The notes under the pieces: model-generated
The model's input: the letters and a program-made list of their open reading frames with translations, nothing else
Database searches by the model: none
What the model was told of the DNA's origin: nothing
In this document: one piece after another, positions 12,456 through 26,734 of the stretch
Layout: each line of letters starts with the position of its first letter
Position numbering within the stretch: the first letter of the stretch is position 1
Program-made: the position numbers and the translations under genes
DNA from: Cercozoa sp. M6MM
Lineage: Eukaryota; Protista; Endomyxa: Ascetosporea
Assembly: GCA_040357565.1 (NCBI GenBank)
Contig: JBDODJ010000005.1
Reading direction: 5' to 3' (one strand)
Length of the DNA stretch: 64,000 nucleotides

Positions 12456-13764
12456 TTATTCAGGGTGCGCAACTTCCGTTCTGCAAGCGGCCAGGAAGTA
12501 GTCGTGTATACACTCGCGCTGACTGCGGAGGTAGAACGGCTTGCGCTTCTTGTTTTGTCGGTATCTGTGCATCGTCTTCGCCCTGGAACACAATGATGCG
12601 CGGTCAAAGCACACGAACATGGAGGGCTGTGTACGGGAAGAATACCACAGCTCAAAGTCGTCGTGCATGCGCAGCATGGCAAGTAGTCGACGCGAACTCT
12701 TGCACAGCTCGTAGATGGTGAGACCCTGGAGACCAAATTTGGCAAAGGTGTATGCTCACTACAAGGGATTGAACAGATGGGTAGTACAGCGCGGTCTCGG
12801 ATGTCAGTGCGAGGTTGGAACACTTCGCAGGCAAGCAAGCGTTTTTTTTTTGTCGAAGGGAAAGTGGAAGGTCACAACAACAACTTACTCATCAAGAGTG
12901 TGAAGATCGCTGTGTTCCCACTTGCAACTGCTTCCATCAGCGCTGTCTGTAGTGGCAACTTAAAGTGTAGGGCCACAAGCAATCGAAAGCTAGGCCAGGT
13001 ACCCGGCCGTCCATGTTGTTCTGGTCAATCGCTCGGCAGGTGGGCGGCGTCAGGGGCATCTCCGACTGCTCGACGGCGATGTTTAACTCCGAGTCTCGTG
13101 TTTTATCAGCGCTGTCGCACTTGTTTCCGTGCATTCTACGGTGACAGTGAAGTCATCATTTCTGAGCAGTGTCATGCGTGTCTCCTGCAGCTCGTAGAAC
13201 TCGCACAGCACATGCACTGTGCTGAAGCAGCCCGATCGAACTGCCACGGTGAGTGGACTGTCGCCGTTGATGTCGTGGAGTCGTCCGTTCGCACCATGCA
13301 TCAACAACGCTGTCACGTGGACGGTGCGCTGTCCCAACTGCGCCGCGTGGTGCAACAACGTGCGGTTCAAGTCACCAGTTCTCAGGTCCACCACCTTTCG
13401 CGGATCACAGCTACGCAGTGTGTTGAGCTGCGCGTATGCACGCACGCACACACAGTAAATGTACGATAAAATTATGCAGTGGGCTTCAGATCTCACATCA
13501 GTCATGTTATGTGATCAACTGTAACCGAAACCGGAAACTGATAAACTGAGCCCTACCAACAAACGGAAGTCATCCCGCTCAATAGCCCGAAGGAGCTTCA
13601 CATTCACTTCGTAAATCTCTTGTTCGCGGACGTGCGGTCTGGCGCCCTGCAACATGAAAAGAACGCACGCAGAAGTGAGTTGGAATTACAACAAATAGAA
13701 AGCGCGCCCAGTTTACCTTCGGGGTCGGCAAGAAGGAGCGACGATTTGTGACGTCACTCAGCAT
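12456..13764 (-). CDS. Ankyrin-repeat protein
   Basis: Ankyrin motifs NRTLLHHAAQLG, NGDSPLTVAVRSGCFSTVHVL, DGRTALMEAVASGNTAIFTLL and DIRDRAGLTIYEL, joined by GT-AG introns. Confidence 0.82.
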
Positions 13765-14045
13765 GATAGAACGGTAGGCGCGCTAAGGTCTTGTTCAAAA
13801 GACGAAGGCTCTTGTTTCAAGTGAAATGTGACAAATCTGTCTGCGAAACGAATCGCGGATACGGAAAAATCTAACGGCTGTTCATTCGCAATATCAATAC
13901 AGTTGCAACAGGGCGATCATTTGCTACCGTCGATACAGTTGGAACCAAGCTACCGATCGATCAATTCAGTGTGATGAGTGGTCTTGCAAAAGGTACCACG
14001 GCAAAGTGACCAACTGGCCCGTGATGAGAGATTTAGTCAGTCCAG

Positions 14046-17000
14046 TCACGACAGCGAGGCACGTGCGACATGACGCAGCACGCGCTGAAAGCGGCGGCAA
14101 AAGGTGTCCTCGCCACTGTTGTCGCAACGCGTAGCAGTCTCGGTCACTCTCCTGTATTAAAATAGGGTATTGATTAATCCCTCGTCGTTCAGTTCGGGAA
14201 GGCTTTCAGTGCTTACGCGAGAGCTTCGACAAACTCGTTCCACTCAAGTGTCGCCGCGTGTTGCGGGTTCATGTCGCTCAGGTCCTAAAAAGTCATACCA
14301 GTCGCACATTGAATTGGCAGCTTATGAGTGCTCGGCAATCTGGCGGTGAAGCACCTGTGACATGCCAAAGCACAACGCGAGTTCTCGTCGCGACAGCGAG
14401 CGCAGTGTGATGCCGTTGCTGTTGTTACCATTCATTCAGTTAGCGGCATTAATATCAAACTTCATTGAAAGAATGACTCTACCGTGCTTCCGGCTTCATC
14501 CGTGGGTTGAACAACGATGCTGCTTCGCACATATCGTGCCACTACAATGAAACTTCATACTGCTCTCGATAGAATTGCCCATGTAGATTGCGGGAGCGGC
14601 ACCTGCTGTTGCGAAAGTGAGTGTCGTTTGCTCTCTTTGCGTTCGCCAATCGCCGCAAAATGGTCGAACACTTTGCGTATCTAAATTTATAATATCCAAC
14701 TTTGCATGCAACTTGGAAAGGGTTGCTGTCACACCTTGCGAGCCACCTTGGAGAACAATAGCTGTGCGTCCTGTGCACTGACACGCTGTTTGAGTTGTGC
14801 TGCCTGTCGCAGTGTCTTGATGGTCGCACTGTGTTCCGACAGCACATGCTCTGTCAACAGTCGCTCCGTGCGATCGACCAGCGGTTCGCTCCTGTACCAA
14901 TAAAGACTGCACACTCTGCACGTGTAGTATTGACACAAACTGTACGAATCAGGGAACTTGATGGCCGCTAGTCGAACAACAGACTCAATGAACTGAAGGA
15001 CAGAAAAGCTAGCATGGGATGCGTTATGTCACTGACCTCAGTACCTCGCTTCGAGTAAAAAGATGGTCAGGATTGCTCTCGTCACCCTGTGGCTGTGTTA
15101 TCATCTTTGCCTGTTATTATTCAAGAAATAACACCATACAACTAGCGTTTGGATGGAATGGCAAAGGTATGGGTAAATTACAGTGACAGTGCCGTCAGGA
15201 TTCACAATCTCCTCAAACTCTTCCTCGACGTTCACTCTCTGTGGGACGTTAAGTGTTGACACATACGCAACTTTAACGGATTGGGTGCCGCGTTGGTGTA
15301 CCTTAAACACTTCGTCCACTCGCTGCATCGTGAGTCGCTCGTCCAGCAGTTCGAAGCACTCCTTTGAGAATTGCCCAAAGGCCAGCATACCTGTACAACA
15401 AGTGGAGGAAAGTAAGTACGACAGAGTGCAGATTGTGTACCCATGTAGGAGTTCGTGTCGTCGGACAGTGTGATAACACAGAAGTATTGGAACACTTGCA
15501 CAAGTTGCTGCACACACAAACATACGACTGCAAACTGAACTCACTTGCGCAAGATTTACATTGTAGTGCTGGCGAAGGAGGTCCTTGATTGGTGCTCGGT
15601 TTGCGGCACCTTGCACCAGATCAGCAAGCTGAATCTCCTTCCTAGGGTTGAGAATAAAGATATCAGCCATCTTGGTGTGCATGAAGTAACATACCAATCC
15701 TGAGCGAACATCCGATCAAGAACCTTGTCGGACGGCAGTTCGACTGCCACAAAATCCCACTTTCGACGGACTTGCTATTGTGTCAACAACAAAAAAATCG
15801 ATATTGTCTAACTAGGTATCTCACAATCACACGAAATAATTCAACGTACCTGCTTGAATTGAGAGATTTCTGCGGTGCTTTCGCTGCTTCTGTGTGGTTT
15901 CTGAGAGACTAAAAGCGAAGAACGAGTGGACAGAAGACTGGTGTCATGAGTGCCTTTGTCGCTGATTGCGTTGAGCGTTTCGACACTGCGTGCACTGTAC
16001 GAGTTGCCAAAGATAGCGCGTGTGCGCAAGTCGGACTTTGAAGCCTTCAAACTGTGGTATTGCATGGAGTCCTTGTTTCGGAAGAGTGAGTAGTCCTCGG
16101 TGTCGGTAACTACGACACTGATTCCGCGCGGATCATTGACACTCTCACTCTCGCTGTAGTTGTTGTAGAACGAGTAGAGGTGCACGAGAAAGGCAAAGTG
16201 ACACGTCATTCCTGCCGGGATGTGGACCGTGGCCGCAAAAATTCTGCTGTCACTCTCACTGTCACCGTCAGTGTCACCGTCAGTGTCATCACTGTCAGTA
16301 TCAGCGTCCTTCACATGGCTCCGCTCCGTCCTTACCTGCTGCAGTTCGAGCGGCACTTGCCACGCTGCTCCCCGGCATTCCCATACCTGTTTATGCGAGA
16401 GGAGAATTGCGATCAGATTTACCATCCCAGTCGCCAATCGCCCAGACACGGTTGATGCTGTCGGCCCTGAAACCGTCGCTGCACCGATGACTGTCGAAGC
16501 GTATGGTGACAGGAACCAAACCGCCATTGGACGCGCTGCTTGCGTAGGCGAGTTTCTCCCACATGGTTTCACTAAACATAACAACTGGACAATTAACTAC
16601 CTTGCATCTACGGAAACACACGGATACCCTCGGAACCTCTCAACCGAGTGTCCGATCAGACGCACATCAACGACGACTTCGATATGTCCGTCGTCGTGCT
16701 TGCTTTGGCGTATCAGTTGCGGCAGCACCTGGCGTAGTTGGGACTGCGGCGACAGCACCTGTCCATTGACGCGCACTTCACGTGGAACCAGACGTGACCA
16801 GGGCACATTGTGAAAGTCCGCGTAACGGTTTCGAGTCACGGTAGCCAGCCAATAGACGGTTTGACAGCACACATTGTCTCCAGCACTACTAGCATCATCA
16901 GTGAGTGCACTTTCGATGCCATCGGTGATGATTGCATCCTTGCCGAGAAAGACTCGGCTTTTCCACTCGCGACAGCGCACTGAGAGCCAACCGTCAAACT

Positions 17001-17094
17001 GATCGATCCTGTGATCTGAGAAGGTCTCTCGTTTCTCCTGACGATCTAATTCTCGGCAAACCCGTTGGACGTGCTCAAGTGGTATCTCACTCAT
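14046..17094 (-). CDS. Hypothetical protein with degenerate EF-hand-like helical repeats
   Basis: Long exons at 16597-17094 and 15850-16584, then repeated motifs FQFIESVVRLAAIKF and TLEWNEFVEALARV. The start codon is uncertain. Confidence 0.55.
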
Positions 17095-17353
17095 GTCCCT
17101 ACCCAAACTAAAAGCTTTCGAGCGGAGATTACGCACGAAGGAGAAACGATTTTCTCAGATTTTGGTTTCTGGCAGAATCCGCGTGGAGACGATCCTCGAA
17201 AGGGCAAACTTGGCTCACTGAGCTCTAGACTGGTCCAGCCAGCCCCGGTGTGTGCACCAGCGATTGTTAGGCAGGTGAAGTACATAGCGCATCTAACTAA
17301 CGATGTGCTGCTATCGATATGTTTTTGGTTTTCCAACTGCCGGTCTATGCCGT

Positions 17354-20300
17354 TTAGTTTTTCTTGTGGTCTTCTAATTCGAGTTTAGCCCGACGCAACT
17401 GTGTTTGCAAAATACGCACCTGTTGCAGAAACAGGAGATGAAAGAAAGAGACATCCTTGGCAAGGTGCGAATCGTGTGGGTGCGTAAGTCTACCTGCTGT
17501 TTGAGACGACGCACCTGATGCGATTCGGCAGCCACAGAGCTGTCCATGTGTCAGAACGTTAAGCCCCCTTTTACCGACTTAGATAGACGATAAACTAGAG
17601 TACCTGTTGCCGTTGCAGACACGGCGCGCAATGGCACCGTACTCAAGTGCCGAGGCAGTCTCGGAGTAGTCGCTTCGTGTGGGTGCCACCGTGACCAGCA
17701 TGACGGTGCGCGCGTTACTACCAAGTGTGTCCTCCAGTAGACGTGTCAACAAACTTGTTCGATATGGCACATGCGTCTCCTTGCGTGCCAAAGACGTCAG
17801 CACGTTTCTTTAAACAGAGGAATACAAGGAACCTCCTGCACTGATACTCAGTCAGTGTGTACCCGAGCGCAAGGAGCGACTTGTTGATCGACTGTGCCTC
17901 ACGCAGTCGTTGTCTGTTGGGACAAGTCATGTAGACCAGAGGATTCACGTAGACCGAGATTGTGTACTGGTGTGCTCCACTGCGCTTGACACATTCGCTT
18001 CCGGCGAGATCGACCAGTGCCAGCTTACCGACTCTACTCAGGGGGGGGGGGGGTAACCTGAGAACAAGGAAAACAAAGAAAGGAAAGCTACGTGACGCGC
18101 GAGTCGTCGTGACTGACGCGTTTCACGTTGATGAAACACACCAGGTGCGAACGCGACGAATGCCCATTCATCGAGGTTGCCTGCTCAGTCTCTAAGATGG
18201 AACTCTTTCACACAGCACAAGTTTAACTTACGGCAACGAAACGCTTCTGCTCTGCCGTCTCCAAAAAGTGCAGCAATTCACTCTCGTTTTGCACTGTCAA
18301 ACAGGAGGTATGAAAAAGGCAGGGGAAGGACAAAATTGAGGTACCGGGGACATCACGACTGCCATGCACATGAACGATACCGTCGTCGCCCATGACAATG
18401 CGCAGTCGGTCCGACTTGTTGTTGCCTTTGCCACTACCACTGGCACTGTCGCTATTGATGTCGGTACAGGTACTCTCGGTGTCATTGATGTCTTCAATGT
18501 CGCTTAGGTCGCGCAGTTTCTCCTGGTACACCTCGCTGTTCAGAGAGGTACAGTTCTGCGAGGATGGGACAGAGGTGATGACAGAACCTACAACAGCTGA
18601 ACAGAGACGTCGAAGCGAAAGGGAGCGCCCAAACGACGCTGTTCCTGAATAAGTCGCCACAACTCTCGCACGAAACGCGGTCGCAGACCGTGGTTGCGAG
18701 GCTCCGCACCGCCTGCCATGGTCCAGGTCTTGCCACTGCCGGTCTGACCAAAGGCCAGCACGGCCACGTGCCGACCTTGCAGCACCGTCTGTGCCAGCCG
18801 TCGCAACGGTTCGAACACCTCCTGCTGCGTCGCTTCCGTGCCGTGCACCTACAAGCAGGTGTATGGGTGTCGAAACAACAATACAGGTAGGTTTAACGAA
18901 CCTGAGTGAAGGTGAACTCGCGCTGAGGCGCCAGCTGACCACTCGCTTTGTGTTTGCGTTGACTGCGAGGTGGGTGGAAGGAGTCATACAGTAGGGGACA
19001 AAAGGGGTTGAAAAAGGGTACGGGGCCAATGCAAGGACCTTGTCGTCAATCGGGTGCACCACGACCTTGTTCTTCGTGTTGCCGGGCAACTCGTCCGCGC
19101 GAATTGGCGGTCGAATACGTACGACGACTCGCACGTGCCCTCGGAGATCCTGCCGATGCGCGCAGATGTGCAAAAGGAAGAGAAGGTAAGGCAGGATGGT
19201 AAAGCACCTCGATCTCGCTGAGCAGACGTCCGTTGTCGCGTCGGAGTGCATCAAACATTTCGCGTCGCTCTTCGTAGGCTTGTCGCACTGCATAGAAAGA
19301 GTTAAAGGTAGTCCCAGGCGTGATATCTGATAAAGAATGTAATAATTACGCTGTTCCTCGCTGAGTTCTTGCTGTCGCTCGAGACGCTTGCGCAACTGAC
19401 TGCGTTCGCTTTCTTTTCAACACAAAGGCAGAAAAACAATGCGCAAAAACAAGGGAAATACAAGAACTGAACTAAAAATCTACCGAGATCAGAAACCAAA
19501 CTTCCAACACGCTCGAGTTCTTTCGTTCGTTGCCTTTTGGAGACAAAACACTTAGTTTATCCTTCCTTCGCCCTTCTGGGCGAAAATAAGTTCTTACGAC
19601 TCGAGTGCCTGCAGCGAGGCCGTCAACGAATCAACGCGTTCCGACGCCGCGTGCAGTTCCGACTAAGCATCGCAAATGTACAAGGACTGTAATAGATAGG
19701 AAAGAGAGAAATAGAGTGCATACCATGGACATTGTGGTGCCACAGGCGACGGACACCGAAGTGGCCATGGAGGCCAGACTGCCCTTCTTGCTGTCGTCGA
19801 GATCGTTCGACGAAGAGGTAGCTGTCTGCACCTGCACCGACACGAGGCTGCTGAGACCGCTGCTGGACTCGCCTAAGCGCACACACACACATATACTCCA
19901 GGTGCTTGCCTTTCCTTTGCACTCCCCTGAACCAATACCATTGCGTGAACGAGTGGTGGTGGGCACACATGGCTTCACATTGCCGATGCCGACAGAGTTG
20001 CTACTACCGTCGTCGTCCATGTCAGCATCATCGTCCAAATCACTTAAATCCTTGTCCTAAAGGCATTCGCACAATAGACACAGAAGAGTAGGTAGGCTTA
20101 AGGGAAAAGGTACAGTAGGAGGTCCACCAACATGATCAACCATGCTATTGAGTCGACGTCGTTGCAGCAGCTGCTTCGTCTTGTTCCTCTGTGGAACGGG
20201 CAGTCCTCCCGAAAGTCGAGTGGCAAACGACGAGGCGCCCGACAGCAGACGCACGTAGGGTGCCGTCGCCGAAGGCAGCACACGGCATCGCACAGTCACG

Positions 20301-21325
20301 GCAAAGTAACCCGGCATGAATCTGCACACGCAAAAACACTCAGTTTCATCATGTGTCCGGAAGTGCCCCTTTTAATCAAAGCAGAGGTTACGTTTCTTCC
20401 AGTGGGAAGCGCACGCGATAAGCACGTGGCACCGTGGTAGCCGACACACTGGCGAACATGTGCAGCGGCACGTTGGCACAGCCGACAAAGCACGCCTGGT
20501 CGGTCCCGGTGGCAGAAGGCGAGGCCACAAAGGCCGTGAGACGCGCGAACTTTGCCTCGAACGGCGACGTGTTCTCTTGGTCCCGTCGCGCCTCTTCCAT
20601 CTGTCGCTCGCGTTCGCTGCGCTCGCGACGTCGCTGTTCGCGTCGCTGTTGTCGCAGAGTCTTCTTGGCCGAGTTGTTCTGACCTCGCGCGATTTGCCGT
20701 TGCCAACTTTGCTGCTGCTGTTGCGAGGATTGGTCTGACGACGACAATACACTCGATGAGTCAGTTGCATTCGAACTGGCATCGCTTCGGTTTGAAGGCG
20801 ACTGCTTGGTCAGAACCTGCTTCTTGCCTGCTCCCAGCACAGGACTACAATCCACGCCTGCTGGCGCACGGCAGGACGAGTTGAAGCTACATGCGCATGC
20901 CGCTCATACTTAAAAAAACCTAAGTACAACTGTACAACTGTACCTGCGCTCGCGCAAAGTGACCACCTGTTCGATTGTTTCGACAAAGACATACTTGCGC
21001 GTGTTGTGTCGTTCAGCTGTCACCACTCCGGACACCAATTGCTGCACAAGGAAGGGCCAATATTAATAACGGAAAGCTCTGGGGAATGGAGTACCTGTTT
21101 TCCGCATTGCCAGGCAAATCCTTGTGACAACTTGCACAACTTGCGAGGGTCCACACGAACTTCCTGCAGCCGCTACTTAGTCATAGGTTGCGAGTGGATT
21201 AGGTTTGCGGATACCGAGTTCTGTTGGCGCAAGCTTTCGTTTGAGTTGTACCGCAGCGCATGCACAGTAAGGGAGAACTGAAAACTGAACCGTTGTCCAG
21301 ACCGCCCACTATCCACCTCGCTCAT
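17354..21325 (-). CDS. Kinesin-14 family motor (C-terminal motor) with a putative N-terminal NT-C2 domain and coiled coil
   Basis: Neck DLRGHVRVVVRIRP, P-loop FGQTGSGKTWTM, NGHSSRSH, LVDLAGSE, EAQSINKSLLALG and HVPYRTSLLTRLLEDTLG. The N-terminal exons splice in frame from ATG 21325. Confidence 0.88.
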
Positions 21326-21564
21326 CCCGGGCAGTCGCAGTTTCAAGTTTCAAGCTCGCCGTTTAATAATACCACTCTACTGTACCTATCCGAACCTTTC
21401 CATCAGGCAGGAAACTATTCTTCCAAACACGTTTCCGCGCGGCACTTTCGCGTTTCGTGCGGCGATACACAATAGTGTCATGCGGCGAGACATCTTGTGT
21501 GCTTTGACGAACATGTATGGTACTCGATGAAGTGGCATGGAAATCGCAGTCTCGAGCGAGAGTG

Positions 21565-22776
21565 CTAGCTGGAACGGCTCGTGAGCTGTTGCTTGGCACC
21601 AGCTTTCACCGGGAAGACGAACTCGCACTGCGAAAAAGCAGGATCAAACCAAAGAAAAGAGAGCAGAGAAAAGAGTGCACGATACCACACAGTCGAGTAC
21701 ATCATCCGGGAGATTGGTGGCACCACTCTGACTATGCAGGGTCAGCACAGCACTTCTCACGCACAGGCGAATCACGTCGTCGAACTTGTCCACCTGAATC
21801 AATCCATCACAGCAAACTTATCAAACAAATGAAACTGGTAACAGTGGGACACGATCTAAGAAGTACTAATTTGTCTGCCTTGCGTGCCTGCGTAGCAAAA
21901 GCAACAGAGAAATATACAACTGGAAGCAAAACGGAGTGAAAGAAACGGGCAAAGGTACGACTCTTGCGACAGCAGTGTCGACACTGCCTAGCACAGTGCG
22001 CAGGTGCTTAGCTATCAGTTGTCGCGACTCCACGTTGAGTCGACTTTCGTGGTGCGCGTCAAATTCTTCCGGATCTACACATGACATGCACAAACACACA
22101 AACACGGAGTCGTCACAGGCAAGGAAGTGATGATACCAAAATTTTCGTTGGTCAATTCTTCGGCAAGCTGGTCGAGGTCCAACCCGTCTGACTGCTCAAG
22201 AAACACGCATTCCCAAAACGCACACTAAAAACAAAAGAGAGTCAAAGAAACCTGCAGCAGCAAAAAGAGGCGTCCTCGCTCGTTCTCATTGATAAGCATC
22301 GGCAGCAGTTGCACTCCTGTGAACTCACGCGAAAAGTAAGGCGAGCAAACATGCTACAACTGTACAGTAGTTTTACTCTTTCCATAGGCAACTGTTGGCA
22401 GTTCTGAAGGTGCCTAAAGATCACACATCAAACAATTTGTTGTACGGACATCTACACATACTAGAGCGTATACCTCAACAATAGAATCCGGTGTGGCAAA
22501 TTGCAACATGCGCGACAGCACCCTTTGTTTGTCCTGTCCCGAGAGCCAGTGCAGACAGGCGTACCTGTTCATATCGAAGTATAAACAAACAAACAAATAA
22601 GATATCAGTATATGTATCTGCTGCATATCTACATATAAGGCGTAGTACCACGTGCTGATACGCATGCCCTGTCGCACGTACTTCTTGTTGCTGCTGTACA
22701 ATGACACGTTTGAGCCGGACGAACAGAAGCGAGGATTGCCAAAGTGACGTATTGCTGCACTCTCCGCGTGTCTGCC

Positions 22777-22820
<44 letters not shown>

Positions 22821-25557
22821 GATACATGTACATACATACACACAGACCCAGAGGTCTATATTTTGTACTCGAGAATGCGGCGCAACATGCGTCGCAGCGT
22901 CAGTGTTTTCGAAAGGTACAGTAGGTTGCCGTCCTTCAGATCTGTCATACACAAATGCTCATACACATGCATAGGGCAAACATAAGAGAAAGAGAAAGTG
23001 AGAGAGGCAAGGGTACGGTGCAGGATGAAGTGTCCTCTGCGCACTTCGTCATCCTCTCGCAGCAGTTCGACTTCGTGTCCATCAGAGAACCACTTGACCA
23101 CGCACTCATCATCGGCATCGCTACCTGCGTATAAACTTTAACTTGTACAAATACTACACAAACGATACAAAGATAGGAGTGCATTACCAAAGGTGCTGCC
23201 ATGGCCGTATCGATCGGGCCAATGCCAGACAAAATGAAGCGGCGACACCACAGCATCCATGAGACGATCCTGTGTGTTTGCCATTGTACACACTGCACAT
23301 GTAAACGTCCAAGTATATGTGATAAGCTACACTGTCTTCAGACTCGGTCGACTCAGTCTGATCGGATGTTCCCACTCCTACAAAAGCACATCACACACTG
23401 TTCAGATGTGCGTGAGCAAGGCCTACCACAGCCGCGGAGGAACCCGCGGTCCAGTTGTTGTGCGTCGTACAAGAAGGTTGAGGTCACGTCTTCATTCTGC
23501 AGTTACACACTTGCACGTATACACGGGTGCATAAGACACACAAGCACCAGGTGTTCGATCGAGAGGCCACAACAACACGGCGAACGAGATAGACGAATCA
23601 ATGCGCGTGTTGGACACGTCTCTACACATACAAACATACACACACACACACACACACAACTATGTTTTGACTGAGAAGAGAGAAAGCCTACCCTCGTGCT
23701 GGGTCAAGCAGCTGAGAATGTCGTCGTTCTTGCGCATTTCCTGCGTACAGCGTACAACATACATCACACACACACACCACGCACATCACACATACACACC
23801 ACACACACCACACACACACACATGTGTGAGAGAGAGAGAGGGAGGAGAGAGAGAAATACATTGAGCTCGGGAGCCACGCGTGCGACAAACAAAAGGTGCC
23901 GTAGGACTGTAGAGTCGGTCACCAGGACCTAAGCAAGTGGAGACATACACACACACACACACACACAGGTAAAACAACATGCATATGTCAACAGGTACCC
24001 CATTGTGCGGATCCAGACGATACAACAAAGCGTGTGCGTCGCTGCAAGCAGTGTAGTTCAGCATTCCGCCACTGTGTTTGTTGAGCGTGTGAGTGTGTAC
24101 AATAGCAGTTGCATACGATACGTGCACATACGAAAAACGTACAAACTGGCAGTAATGGTGCAAACACGTTCTTGATCGTCTTCGATGGCCTGTCTAAATC
24201 GGACTCTCGCACGTCGCGCCTTTGGCATCGTGGCCAGCATCACTGTGCACATATGGAAGCATAGCAAGGCGGCATTGGTGAAACAAGTAGGAACCAAAGG
24301 GAGAAACACAAAAAGGGGGCAGGGACACAACCCACAGTGCAACATCGTTGGTGCCATCGTGAGTGCCTGCGACAGCAGCTGCAGACCCAGATCGAATTTC
24401 GCGAGTAAATTCGCCGTGTTTATTACCACGCGCAAACTCTGTCTGTGCTAGGGTTAAAGGGAAACTGGTAGAAAGATTGCGGACAGTGTCGTACGCATAG
24501 TGTGTGCCGAGTCTAAATTTGAGCTCCGAGTTTGTTTTCACTTTGCAAATGTTGCGCAGCTGCAAAACAAAGGCGTCCACCCGTGTCGACACAGACACAC
24601 AAAGAGAAAGTACCTCGCACAGCATGTCTGGGTTTTCACAGTGCAGCAACTGCGACCACAGCGAGTGAAATGTCTCAACTTCGTTTTGGGTCACCTGTGA
24701 GTGTACACACGCGTTTGTGCATAACATTTTGATGCGAGGTAATGAGTTTTGTGGTCTTTGCACTACCCTGTAAGCAGAATCAGGCGTCAGTTTCGTGTCC
24801 TTGCTCGGAATCCATTGATACTGCACAAGTACCTTCATGATATGCGTGTTACGAACGATTCAAGGTGAGTATATCGATCTGGGCTACCGAGGCAGGCATC
24901 AGAATCTGCGCCATCACACGACGACGCTCTTTGGGCCCAAGCTTCTCTGCCCACAGAAACAAATACAAGTAGCACTGAGTTTAGAAAGGGGCAGAGAAAG
25001 GGAGAGACAAGTATACCCAGAATGGTATCTGACCCGTACTGAGAGAAGATGCTTGCTGTGGCCATACGTGTGCATGAAAGCATGCGGTGTTCAACCAACA
25101 GACCACATTATGGACTAAAATACGGTTGGGCGCTGAGCTGAAAAAGCGCGTCTTAAGGATTCGTTGCCACCTCTTGCTGCGCACCCTGCGAACACACTTT
25201 GGCGTACAAACGAAATGCAGACACTGCCATTAAAACAGCACGCACCACTCGGAGATGGGTTGCCTTAGTCCGTCTGCCACAGAAACCGTGAACTGGACGG
25301 ATTGAGGACACACATACACATACACGACACGGACACAATGCACAGCGCTGGCCAATTGCGAGTCGCACCAGCGTGAAAGCGACAGTGACGGCCACCTGAG
25401 CCACAAAGCCTATGTGTGAGTTATTCCTTGACAAAGGCGGGATCGGCGTCATTCCGAGCCATGGCCGCAGGTCCTGCTCAGACACCACGTTGCTCGGGCA
25501 CATGACAACAACAAAATCGCACTGCGCTACCGGGATCAAGTTCACACCCTTCCACAT
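21565..25557 (-). CDS. Hypothetical protein, tandem paralog A, with a C-terminal F-box/SOCS-like motif
   Basis: ~25 short exons. Where checked, the frame is supported by synonymous differences from paralog B. Ends ...TNLPDDVLDCVCEFVFPVKAGAKQQLTSRSS*. Confidence 0.7.
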
Positions 25558-25870
25558 GGAGAGTAACTCAGGCTCTCAGTCACTTGAGAGGCGTTGCTAC
25601 TACCTGGGTGTGCAATCGCAACGTGGTAAGCCCTGTTCTGCGCACTGTGGAGTAAAACAACTGTTTTTTTTTTGAGTGAGTTTCAAGTTCGCGGATCATC
25701 GCAACACCCACATGAGCAGTCACAACCTCAAGCATATGTCACTTCTGGCTTACTGACGTACTAGTACAGCACGGTATTGAAGTGTCACTATCGTTGAGGC
25801 GCGCGAGTTTCAAACTCCAAGTCGGAACTGTAATTCACTTTCAGTTTGCAACTAAGAGCTTGCAAACAAG

Positions 25871-26681
25871 TCAGGGAATGTCGACTCTCTTATTCACTGA
25901 CAACACAGACTCTGGTGAGCTGGAACGGCTCGTGAGCTGTTGCTTGGCACCAGCTTTCACCGGGAAGACGAACTCGCACTGCGAAAAAGCAGGATCAAAC
26001 CAAAGAAAAGAGAGCAGAGAAACGAGTGCACGATACCACACAGTCGAGCACATCATCCGGGAGATCGGCGGCACCACTCTGACTATGCAGGGTCAGCACA
26101 GCACTTCTCACGCACAGGCGAATCACGTCGTCGAACTTGTCCACCTGAATCAATCCATCACAGCAAACTTTTCAAACAAAATGAAACTGGAAACAGGGGA
26201 CACTAAATTATTTAAGAAGTACCAATTTGTCTGCCTTGCGTGCCTGTAAGGAAGGCAAAGCACACAGAGTGATATACAACTGGGAGAAAAACAGAGTCAA
26301 AGAAACGGGCAAAGGTACGACTCTTGCGACAGCAGTGTCGGCACTGCGCAGTACCGTGCGCAGGTGCTTAGCTATCAGTTGTCGCGACTCCAGGTTGAGT
26401 CGACTTTCGTGCTGCGCGTCAAACGCGTTCGGATCTAAGCAATAAACACGGAAACATACAGGGTCCGTCCTCAAAGGAGCATGGACAAAGTGATGATCGA
26501 TACCAAAGATTTCGTTGTTGAGCTCTTCCGCCAACTGCCCGAGAGTTGGGCCGTCCGACTGCCCAGCACGCAGTCCCAAAATTAACACAGTCGAACAGAA
26601 CAAGAGACAAAGAAACCTGCAGCAGCACAAAAAGATGGCGCTGCTCGTTCCCAGTGGTCAGCATCGGCAGTAGTTGCACTC

Positions 26682-26734
<53 letters not shown>

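Noticed and set aside
22730-22870. In-frame TAG (RRILEYKI*) and an HAE 'deaminase' motif in the paralogs
   Set aside because: Synonymous differences fix the frame, and a GTACA donor after CTC GA puts the TAG in the intron. HAE then sits in a helical context with no PCxxC.
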